In this document: positions 1 to 7,505 of the stretch, piece after piece
Numbering within the stretch: position 1 is the first letter of the stretch
Layout: every line of letters begins with the position of its first letter
Position numbers and translations under genes: made by a program
NCBI GenBank assembly: GCA_036824055.1
Contig: DAITAW010000004.1
Location: forward strand, 2,114 to 66,113
Direction: 5' to 3'
DNA length: 64,000 nucleotides
Origin: Gaiellaceae bacterium
Lineage (GTDB): Bacteria > Actinomycetota > Thermoleophilia > Gaiellales > Gaiellaceae
Notes under the pieces: model-generated
Databases searched by the model: none
The model's input: the letters and a program-made list of their open reading frames with translations, nothing else
Told to the model about the DNA's origin: nothing

Positions 1-1017
1 TGCCTCGACGAGCCCGAGCAGGCGATCGCGGCGCTGGAGGAAGCGTTGGCGCTACGCATAAAGATCAGTGGCCCAGCCGACCGCGAGACACTCCGTGTCA
101 AGGACGCGCTCGCGACCGTCTTTCGGTCGCAGCATCGACTCGACGAAGCAGTGCGATTGCAGGAGGAGATCTTGGCTGCCATCGACGGCCGTCCCGAGCG
201 GAGCATGGTTACGCTTCGGGCGTTGAATGCCCTTGCCGCTCTGCGCCATGAGCAGGGGGAGCTCGCTGAAGCGCGGTCGTTGTTCGGGCGGGTCGTAGCT
301 GCGCGGCGAGAGCGTTTCGGCGACGAGCACCCACTGACCTTGACCGCCCTCAACAATCTCGGCCAGGTCCTGCGCACGCTCAACGATCGCAAGGCGTTGC
401 GGGCATTGAACGAGGAGGTGCTCGCAGCGACCAACGCGCGAGCTGGGGGCGAACATCCAAACACGCTGGCGGCGATGACCAACCTCGCCTTGGTGTTGGC
501 CGACGAGGGTGAGCTGGAGCAAGCGCTCGACCTGCATGGGCGTGTTCTTGGCGTCCGCCGCCGGCGTCTCGGTGACGGCCACCGCTCGACGCTGACCGCG
601 ATGAACAACGTCGGTGATGTGCTGCGCAAGCTCGGCCGTCGCGACGAGGCGCGATCTTTGCTCGAGGAGGCGGCGCGCGGCCTCGCCGGGTTGCTCGGCG
701 ACGACCATCCCGACACGTTGACCGTCCGACTGAATCTGGCCAAGCTGCTCGACGAGCAAGGCGATAGCGACGCAGCGATAGCTATCGCGCGCGCGGTGTT
801 GACCGCGCGCCGCAAAGTCGACGGCGAGACTCACCCGCGCACACTGGCGGCAATCGGCAACTTGGCGGCCATGCTCGAGACAGCGGGCGCCCGCGCTGAG
901 GCCGCCGACTTGTTCAGCGCGATGCGCCGCAACGCGGAGGAAGCACTCGGCGCCGGGCACCCGCTGACGGCGGCAGCCGTCCGGGGCCAGGTGCGGCTCA
1001 GTGCCAACAGTGACTGA
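1..1017 (+). CDS. TPR-repeat protein, C-terminal part (5' end lies outside the window)
   Basis: Frame 1 is open from nt 1, with no stop before the listed ATG at 46. At least 7 tandem units of about 42 aa carry the recurring pattern G(D/E)xHPxTLxxxxNLAxxLxxxGxxxEA, typical of TPR_10/TPR_12-type repeats. Stop at 1015-1017. Confidence 0.8.
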   Translation, partial: CLDEPEQAIAALEEALALRIKISGPADRETLRVKDALATVFRSQHRLDEAVRLQEEILAAIDGRPERSMVTLRALNALAALRHEQGELAEARSLFGRVVAARRERFGDEHPLTLTALNNLGQVLRTLNDRKALRALNEEVLAATNARAGGEHPNTLAAMTNLALVLADEGELEQALDLHGRVLGVRRRRLGDGHRSTLTAMNNVGDVLRKLGRRDEARSLLEEAARGLAGLLGDDHPDTLTVRLNLAKLLDEQGDSDAAIAIARAVLTARRKVDGETHPRTLAAIGNLAAMLETAGARAEAADLFSAMRRNAEEALGAGHPLTAAAVRGQVRLSANSD

Positions 1018-1090
1018 CTCGGCTGCGCGCCGTGGCGTTGCGGCGTGAGTCGAGGTCTGCTCACCTTCGTCTCTGACTCCGCCGTCGCCC

Positions 1091-1462
1091 ATGCCGTTGC
1101 GGACTGCGCTTAGAGCTGCCCTTCCGCTGCCATTTGCGCGCGAGTGGATTGCCGGTTCAAGCGTTCGAGGTGCGGCCGAGGATCTTTTCCGCCGTGCGAC
1201 TCGGGACGGGCTCGATGGGCTGAGCCTGACTGAGCGGCGAGGACACCTGTCACCGGTGACCGGCGCCGTTGCCGAAGCGATCGCCGCCCGTGTGCTCGAC
1301 GAGGCTGGGTTCAGAGTCTTCGCGCGGCTGACCGAGTCGGGGGTGCGCGGAGTCGATCTATTGTTGTTGAGCCCCGAGGAGCGCGTGCTCGTGCTCGAGG
1401 TCAAAGGGACGCTGCGGGCGGGACACTGCCGCGGCTCGGTCGCTCAAGGCTTAGCCAGATGA
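1091..1462 (+). CDS. Hypothetical small protein with a PD-(D/E)xK nuclease-like motif
   Basis: The segment GVDLLLLSPEERVLVLEVKGT has the D...(E)xK strand-strand signature of restriction-endonuclease-fold proteins (YraN/UPF0102-like). Start and C-terminus are uncertain, and the 3' end runs into a decayed gene on the other strand. Confidence 0.4.
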   Translation: MPLRTALRAALPLPFAREWIAGSSVRGAAEDLFRRATRDGLDGLSLTERRGHLSPVTGAVAEAIAARVLDEAGFRVFARLTESGVRGVDLLLLSPEERVLVLEVKGTLRAGHCRGSVAQGLAR

Positions 1463-1608
1463 GCGCGGCTCTTGCGCGACTTTCGTAGACGTGCCGGTCG
1501 GCCAGCTGCGCACGCAGAGGTTCTGGTCGATCCACGGCTTAGTCGGCGTTCGCCTTACGTCACACCCGACGGGCCTCCTGTTCGAAACCGAGCTTGGAGG
1601 CGGAGCCG

Positions 1609-1913
1609 TCACGGTGCGGCAAATGAGCGCCCCGGCGGTCAGCCCGAGGGCGAAGGCGGCGTCGCCGATCGCCACGATGCCGCGTTCGTCGAACACTCCT
1701 GGCGTGAATCGGTTCATGTTGACGCGGTGGAGGGGGCTTGACCGCGAGGTGATCATGAGGCTGCACAGTCCGGCGACGGCGATGCCGGCAAGCCCGAGTA
1801 GTGCGACCTTGACGGCTAGCCAGCGGGTGCGGATGACGCTCTGCGTCCAGGCGAGGCCGGTAGGTGCCGGCCTCGAGTTCGCGGGCGACCAGCACGACAA
1901 GTTTGCGAGGCAG
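1609..1913 (-). pseudogene. Fragment of an ABC-2-type transporter permease (5'-truncated and frameshifted)
   Basis: Two minus-strand frames join into one recognisable permease segment. One frame reads LPRKLVVLVARELEAGTYR (open only from 1913). After a 1-nt shift near 1856-1859, the other reads (G)LAWTQSVIRTRWLAVKVALLGLAGIAVAGL...NMNRFTPGVFDERGIVAIGDAAFALGLTAGAL. The hydrophobic pattern is lost after about 1609. The family assignment is from memory of actinobacterial ABC-2 permeases. Confidence 0.45.
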
Positions 1914-2184
1914 TTAGGACGCGGCGCGGACCGTCATCGGTGGCGGCAGGTTGGCGACCTCGAGGCCGACGATCTGACAACGGATTCGGGGTCCATCAAG
2001 ATGATCTTGCTTCTCCTCGCCGCGCTCTGACTTGGATTTCACTGCCCCGCGGGTCGTCAATCTGTGGCGCTTCCGCGATTTTGAGGGTCAGGTCAATATT
2101 TGCCCTGACGCGCTAATGACAATAGGCGATTCGCCCAGGAAAATCTCTTTGAGTCCGCACGGTCCATGGGATAGCGTACATTAG

Positions 2185-2200
2185 TCGAACCTACGTTCGT
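2185..2200. promoter_or_regulatory. LexA/SOS (Cheo) box candidate 1: TCGAAC-CTAC-GTTCGT
   Basis: Matches 11/12 positions of the actinobacterial LexA consensus TCGAAC-N4-GTTCGA. A TATGAT -10-like hexamer follows directly at 2202-2207. Confidence 0.5.
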
Positions 2201-2261
2201 GTATGATCTGCGGTGACTGGAGTTACCGGAGAGCCTGTTAGTACCGGCTAGGCCGGTCCGT

Positions 2262-2277
2262 TAGAACATATGTTCGA
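2262..2277. promoter_or_regulatory. LexA/SOS (Cheo) box candidate 2: TAGAAC-ATAT-GTTCGA
   Basis: GAACATATGTTC is a perfect 12-bp palindrome and matches 11/12 positions of TCGAAC-N4-GTTCGA. It lies 18 nt upstream of the ATG at 2295, just before the AAGGAAG Shine-Dalgarno. Confidence 0.5.
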
Positions 2278-2294
2278 GAGAAAGGAAGTCTGAG

Positions 2295-2534
2295 ATGAGT
2301 AATCAGCGGCACGTAACCAAGGACGGCGACGACTGGGTGGTTAGGAAGCCAGGCGCAGAGCGCGCAAGCTCTCGCCATGGCACCCAGCGTCAGGCTGATC
2401 AGCGCGCCGCGGAGATCTTGGGCAACAGCGGCGGCGGCGAGCGGGTCACCCACGGCTTCGATGGGCAGATCCGCAGCAAGGACACGATCGCGCCTGGCAA
2501 CGACCCCAACCCGCCCAGGGACAAGGAGCACTAG
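2295..2534 (+). CDS. DUF2188-family small protein
   Basis: 79 aa. The pattern HVTKDGDDWVVRKPGAERASSRHGTQRQADQRAAEIL...ERVTHGFDGQIRSKDTIAPGNDPNPPRD matches the DUF2188 pattern (GW-V-k-Ga-Ras...tq-eA...A...HgrDG-Ir..dsyg.DP.PP.D). AAGGAAG SD lies 7 nt upstream of the ATG. Confidence 0.7.
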   Translation: MSNQRHVTKDGDDWVVRKPGAERASSRHGTQRQADQRAAEILGNSGGGERVTHGFDGQIRSKDTIAPGNDPNPPRDKEH

Positions 2535-2641
2535 CTGAGTCGAGCGAGACGCTCGCCAAGGCCACGACGCCACTCAGGGGCGCCAGTTGCGTTGGGTCGT
2601 GACGCAAAACCTCGTACTTGTATCAGGAGAAAGAACGGTAA

Positions 2642-3034
2642 ATGGCGCGGCGTCCCAGAGCATTCATCAGCTTCGATTACGACTACGACCTCGACCTGCG
2701 GAATCTGCTCGTCGGGCAGGCTCGCCACGCAGACACACCGTTCGAGATCGCCGACTGGTCGGTCAGAGAGCGACAGCTTGGCGACTGGAAGGCGAAGGTT
2801 CGTCGGCGTATTCGCGCGGTCGACGTGGTCATTGTTCTTTGCGGTCATCACACGGACGACGCGTCAGGCGTCAGCGAAGAGATCAAGCTCGCCCGTGCCG
2901 AGCGGAAGCCGTATTTCCTGCTTGCAGGTCGCAAGAGTGGGACGGTCAGAAAGCCACGGGCCGCCAGGCCGACCGACAAGGTCTACAGGTGGACGTGGGA
3001 CAACCTGAAGAAGTTGATCCATGGCCGTCGCTAA
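2642..3034 (+). CDS. TIR-like domain protein (DUF1863 / ThsB-like), copy A
   Basis: 130 aa. N-terminal AFISFDYDYD, central VDVVIVLCGHHTDDASGVSEEIKLA and KPYFLL reproduce the strand/helix pattern of MTH538-type TIR-like domains. AGGAGAAAG SD lies upstream. Confidence 0.6.
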   Translation: MARRPRAFISFDYDYDLDLRNLLVGQARHADTPFEIADWSVRERQLGDWKAKVRRRIRAVDVVIVLCGHHTDDASGVSEEIKLARAERKPYFLLAGRKSGTVRKPRAARPTDKVYRWTWDNLKKLIHGRR

Positions 3035-3072
3035 CCCGCCTGCCGACGGAGAGCTTCGGATGAGGAGGAAGA

Positions 3073-3450
3073 ATGGCCCGTGCGTTCATCAGCTTTGAAA
3101 TGGAGGATCGCTGGGCCAGGGAGTTCCTGGTTCAGCACGCCCACGACAAGGACACGAGCATTGACTTCACGGACTACTCCCTGCACGAGCCCTTTGACGA
3201 GAAGTGGAAGACGAACTGCAAGACGCGGATCAACCAGACGAAAGGCACTATCGTCATGGTCGGCCCGAATGCGGCGAAGTCTGAAGCGGTGCTTTGGGAG
3301 ATTGCTGAGACCAACCGCCAGGGCCATCCGATCTTCGGGATCCAGACCCGTAACGAGAAGACTCATCCGATCCCGCAGGGCCTGCCGTCGTCCCGCGTCA
3401 TCCGTTGGGACTTCGATGCAATCGTCAAAGAGCTGAACCGGTGGACGTAG
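3073..3450 (+). CDS. TIR-like domain protein (DUF1863 / ThsB-like), copy B
   Basis: 125 aa. AFISFEMEDRW, GTIVMVGPNAAKSEAVLWEIAETNRQGHPIFGI (the WEI motif carries the candidate catalytic Glu). GAGGAGGAAG SD lies directly upstream, 38 nt after copy A. Confidence 0.65.
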   Translation: MARAFISFEMEDRWAREFLVQHAHDKDTSIDFTDYSLHEPFDEKWKTNCKTRINQTKGTIVMVGPNAAKSEAVLWEIAETNRQGHPIFGIQTRNEKTHPIPQGLPSSRVIRWDFDAIVKELNRWT

Positions 3451-4404
3451 TTGAAGCGCGCACTACTCATCGGCATCGATCAGTACGACAACTTCAACAA
3501 CCTCGCTGGATGCGTCAACGACGCCGATGCCCTCGAGCCGCTCATCAGTCGCAACGAAGACGACAGTCTGAACTTCGAGTGCCAGAAACGAACCAGCGCC
3601 ACTGGCGGCGTCACCCGTGACGCGCTGCTCGGCGACCTTGAGGCTCTTTTCGGCGGAGGAGCAGACATCGCTGTGTTGTACTTCGCCGGCCACGGCGACG
3701 GCGTCCCGAACGACGTGGTGCTGATGACCGTGGACGGGACGAACAACACACCCGGAATCCCGTTTTCGGAAGTGATGACGAAGGTGGTCAACTCTCAGGT
3801 GGGCGAAGTGATCGTCCTCCTCGACTGCTGTTTTTCGGGTGCCGCCGGTGGAATCCCGCAGCTTGGAACGGCCGCCTCGGCCCTGCGCCCAGGGGTATCG
3901 ATCTTGATGGCCAGTCGTGGCGACCAGACGGCCGCCGAAACGGGCGAAGGGCGGGGGTTGTTCTCGACATACCTCTCTGGCGCTCTCGAAGGCGGCGCGG
4001 CCGACGTGCGAGGCAAGGTCACGCTAGCCGGCCTGTACTCGTATCTCGACGAGTCATTCGGCGCCTGGGATCAACGACCGGTGTTCAAGACGAACGTTGA
4101 CCGCCTGCACGAGATCAGGGGGTGCATCCCGACCTTGCCGCCATCTGAGTTGCGCCAGATCAATGCACTGTTTCCGGCCGTTGACCATGTGTTCTCCCTC
4201 GACCCGTCTTACGAAGACACGGTCGAAGATCATGATCCTGAGCACGCGAAGGTCTTCAAAGTCCTGCAGCGGTACCGCTACAGCAAGCTCGTCGACCCAA
4301 TCGACGAGGAGTACATGTATTACGCCGCCGTCAACAGCACCGCTTGCCAGCTCACGCCTCTTGGACGTCACTACTGGCATATGGCAAGTGAAGGCCGCCT
4401 GTGA
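3451..4404 (+). CDS. Caspase-like (peptidase C14 family) protease with a C-terminal extension of about 100 aa
   Basis: 317 aa. KRALLIGIDQY...NLAGCVNDA, His in VLYFAGHGDG (His81, nt 3691-3693) and Cys in VLLDCCFSG (Cys127, nt 3829-3831) form the caspase/metacaspase His-Cys dyad context. The TTG start abuts the TAG stop of the preceding gene. Confidence 0.8.
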   Translation: MKRALLIGIDQYDNFNNLAGCVNDADALEPLISRNEDDSLNFECQKRTSATGGVTRDALLGDLEALFGGGADIAVLYFAGHGDGVPNDVVLMTVDGTNNTPGIPFSEVMTKVVNSQVGEVIVLLDCCFSGAAGGIPQLGTAASALRPGVSILMASRGDQTAAETGEGRGLFSTYLSGALEGGAADVRGKVTLAGLYSYLDESFGAWDQRPVFKTNVDRLHEIRGCIPTLPPSELRQINALFPAVDHVFSLDPSYEDTVEDHDPEHAKVFKVLQRYRYSKLVDPIDEEYMYYAAVNSTACQLTPLGRHYWHMASEGRL

Positions 4405-4877
4405 CACGCATCGGCGCAACCGGTCATCAGGAGTTGCCTGTCGAGGCCGGCCCGTACATCCTCGAGCACGTCCGAGGCATCCTCTCCGGCTGCAGTGCGC
4501 CGCTTCGCGCTGTGACCGCCCTCGCCGCAGGCGCTGACCAGCTCGTAGCCCGCGAGGTCCTGCGTAACGGCGGCAGCCTGTATGCGATCGTCCCGGCAGT
4601 TGGCTACGAGGGCACCTTCACGGGGGAGGACTTGCGCGAATACGAGTATTTGCTTGCGCAGGCAGACCAGTTGACACGGCTCGACTTTCCCGAGCCGTCC
4701 GAGCACGCGTACTGGGCTGCCGGCAAGACCATGGTCGACAACTGCGACGTCCTCGTGGCCATTTGGGATGGCGAGCCCGCGCGCGGTCTGGGCGGAACCG
4801 GCGACGTGGTCGCCTACGCCGAAACCAGCAGCAAAGACGTACGTGTGATTTGGCCCGATGGGGTCGTGCGCGAATGA
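4401..4877 (+). CDS. Free-standing SLOG (SMF/DprA-LOG) superfamily domain protein
   Basis: 158 aa. GATGHQ..., ALAAGADQLVAREVL (DprA-like GxD helix) and VLVAIWDGEPARGLGGTGDVVAYA (LOG-like GGxGT motif). The GTG start overlaps the caspase stop (GTGA at 4401-4404). Confidence 0.55.
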   Translation: MTRIGATGHQELPVEAGPYILEHVRGILSGCSAPLRAVTALAAGADQLVAREVLRNGGSLYAIVPAVGYEGTFTGEDLREYEYLLAQADQLTRLDFPEPSEHAYWAAGKTMVDNCDVLVAIWDGEPARGLGGTGDVVAYAETSSKDVRVIWPDGVVRE

Positions 4878-4914
4878 TCCAGATCCAGCTACCGACAACC
4901 CGAGGAGGTGTGCC

Positions 4915-5466
4915 GTGGCCTATGTGACCTTGTCCGAAGCCCGCAGCGCTGCCGCGACTCGTTGGGTGACCAAGTCGCTGGCCGAGTCGGCCTTACGCAC
5001 AGCCGCGGCTGCCTCGACGAGCACCGATTACGACATCTTCTTGTCTCATTCAAGGGAGGATGCGCAGGTGATCGCCGGCGTAAAGACGCTGCTCGAGCAG
5101 GAAGGCGCGAGCGTCTATGTGTACTGGGCGGAAGAGAACCAGGTTGCACCCGTTACGGCATCAACCGCCGCCAAGCTGCGCGTGCGCATGAACCACTGCC
5201 GTTCGTTGATCTACGCCAGCTCGGAAGCATCGCCGCAGTCGAAGTGGATGCCGTGGGAGCTTGGCTATTTCGACGGACGAAAGCCCGGACATGTCGCGAT
5301 CATGCCGCTGCCATCGTCGAGTACCTTCACTGGGCAGGAGTACCTCGGTTTGTACCCGAACGTCGAGCGAGTATCGTTCCAGTCCGGACGACGCGGCCTT
5401 GCCGTCCGGAACCCGGCCACTACGAAGGCTCTGTCGAGCTTCATGCGTGAAGGGCTGAGCTTGTAG
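4915..5466 (+). CDS. Canonical TIR-domain protein
   Basis: YDIFLSHSREDAQ..., SLIYASSEASPQSKWMPWELGYFDG (candidate catalytic Glu at nt 5257-5259). I prefer the GTG at 4915 because GAGGAGG lies at 4902-4908. The track ATG at 4858 would overlap the SLOG gene by 20 nt. Confidence 0.8.
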   Translation: MAYVTLSEARSAAATRWVTKSLAESALRTAAAASTSTDYDIFLSHSREDAQVIAGVKTLLEQEGASVYVYWAEENQVAPVTASTAAKLRVRMNHCRSLIYASSEASPQSKWMPWELGYFDGRKPGHVAIMPLPSSSTFTGQEYLGLYPNVERVSFQSGRRGLAVRNPATTKALSSFMREGLSL

Positions 5467-5736
5467 TCCGATGGCTGCTGGCAAGAGCGTCGACCCGGAG
5501 CCGATGTCCACGCCGTGGACGCTTAGTGGGCGTCGAAGATGTCCTCCGCCGCCGAGCGCGGAGCAACAGAAACAGCCGCTAAGCACGAAATAAGTTCAAG
5601 CCCTCTGAGGGAGTCGAGCGTAACTACCGTTCTCACAAGCGCCGACAGCCCCTATGACCTCCTGGCTGCGTACCAGGCGCGGGCGTAATTTGCTTAAAGT
5701 GTGAGCTGAAGACTCCAGTCAACACGCTTCGCAAGT

Positions 5737-7503
5737 TTGCCCAAGGACACCTTTCCCGAGATCAATTCACTGTCGTGGCGGCAGGTGAGCTTGCTGACCC
5801 GGACTCTCGAAAAGCACCGGGAACTCTTACAGGCGGGTCATGAGGACGCGCGACGTGCGGCGCTTCTTGGTTCCCGACCCGCGTACGTCGTCGACTTTCA
5901 ACTCATCGAGGGCTACGTCTTTCCAATGGATGGTCCTCCGGAATGGAACGTTGAGCTTGGTTACTTATTCGGGCTGGGTCAAACGACTTTTGTCATTGGA
6001 CCCGGCACTCAGGTCGAGATTGCACGATTTCTCGAGTCTCTCGGCTTCTATCAGGACGAAGATGGGTTGGTCCATCAGGTGAAACCCAAATGGCGGCCGG
6101 GGCGGTCCAGTGGCGCCGCCGCGGAAGACGCGACAGCGTTGGCCCTCGATCGGCTCTCTCATCTGCTGAGCCAGAGCAACTTTGTTACCTATGACGAGCT
6201 CGTTGGCGATTCGACTGCGGAACTCGACGGAGACGGCTTCGACCAGGACGCGTATCGAACGGCGCTGGCAATACTCGAAGGGACTCCGCTGCGAAGAAAG
6301 GCATCGAGTTCTGCTAACAGAGCCGACGCTCTGAACTGGGCAACAGTGATTCAGCTCCGACGCGACCCGGCAAGAGATCGACAGATTTATCCATATCTTC
6401 TGACGGCCACACGCCCTCTTCTCGACGAGACTCTCTGGTCAGATGCGAGCAGATCGCCGGTGTCGCGTGCGCCAGCGGAAGCAATCTTCTCCGAGGTGCT
6501 ACTTGCGAGCTTTGCGAGGCCTGCCGAGGCAGCAGACCACACGGTAGAGATGGCCTTCGAGACCGCACGGCTCGAGCGCGACTTAAGGAAGAGTCCTGCC
6601 TATCGAGACCCTGACAAATTTTCTGAGGAGGCGGATTGGGAGCGAGCCCTGGAGCACGATCGCATAAGTCCTCGGCTGAGAGGCGAGCTTTCGGAGATGG
6701 CACGCTTCACGACGGATCCGATCGTCATTGAAACTCAGCGCATCTATTCTGCTGCCTCGCTCACCGCGAGTAGCACCTTTCAACAGCGTGGTATCAGCTC
6801 TGAGTCTTCTATCCTCGAGTCCCCACAGAGGCTTTTCGACCTGATCAATGGAATTAACGCGGCGTTAGTGGCCACCGCCGGCGGTCCGTCACCGATGGCC
6901 GACTTATGGAAATCGTTGCTGGAGGTCGAAGAAAAGACTGCAACGGGGTATCTGAGCTACTCAGTGGTGGATCGCGTACGGAACGATGAGACATATAGCT
7001 ACCTAGTTGCCGAAGTGCATTCGCCTCAGACGAGCGACACTGACGACGACGCGAGTCTCATCGTTTCCCGCTGGCGAAGTTCGCTTGACGGGGAAGCGAT
7101 CCTAGCTACGTTTTCTGACGCCTTCTCGCAAGCGAACGCCGAAACCGTGGACGTTCTCGTCGGAACTCCTATGGGGGTTGCCGAATTCGACGCGGATATT
7201 CCACTCACCTTGCTTGAGATTGTCAGCGCTTGCGAAAAAGCAGGGGCGTTCGGGAGGAGTGAAGTCGGCGTGCCCGCGATTAACTGGGTGAGGCTGGCGG
7301 CACCACCGTTTGAACTCTTCGCGGAGCTCACTGCAAGACCGCCGCGAACTCCCTTGATCGGTGTTTTCGCAAGCCGGTTCGATGAACCCCGGCTAGGCGA
7401 CCTCTTTCGACGTACGTCAGGGAGATATCTCTTCGCGGCTTGGCTTGAGCGAGCACTAGAAGACATCGAGCGACGTACGATGCAAGACCGAGTTGTCGCC
7501 TGA
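5737..7503 (+). CDS. Hypothetical protein, 588 aa, no recognisable domain
   Basis: A long ORF with a balanced, protein-like composition in a visibly AT-richer stretch. The opposing ORFs are Ser/Arg-rich shadows. The TTG start is uncertain. Confidence 0.6.
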   Translation: MPKDTFPEINSLSWRQVSLLTRTLEKHRELLQAGHEDARRAALLGSRPAYVVDFQLIEGYVFPMDGPPEWNVELGYLFGLGQTTFVIGPGTQVEIARFLESLGFYQDEDGLVHQVKPKWRPGRSSGAAAEDATALALDRLSHLLSQSNFVTYDELVGDSTAELDGDGFDQDAYRTALAILEGTPLRRKASSSANRADALNWATVIQLRRDPARDRQIYPYLLTATRPLLDETLWSDASRSPVSRAPAEAIFSEVLLASFARPAEAADHTVEMAFETARLERDLRKSPAYRDPDKFSEEADWERALEHDRISPRLRGELSEMARFTTDPIVIETQRIYSAASLTASSTFQQRGISSESSILESPQRLFDLINGINAALVATAGGPSPMADLWKSLLEVEEKTATGYLSYSVVDRVRNDETYSYLVAEVHSPQTSDTDDDASLIVSRWRSSLDGEAILATFSDAFSQANAETVDVLVGTPMGVAEFDADIPLTLLEIVSACEKAGAFGRSEVGVPAINWVRLAAPPFELFAELTARPPRTPLIGVFASRFDEPRLGDLFRRTSGRYLFAAWLERALEDIERRTMQDRVVA

Positions 7504-7505
7504 TT

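Noticed and set aside
52-1404. 450-aa minus-strand ORF opposite the TPR gene
   Set aside because: It has a Ser/Arg/Ala-rich, low-complexity translation with no motifs. It is fully antisense to a protein with a clear 42-aa repeat structure, which makes it a typical high-GC shadow ORF.
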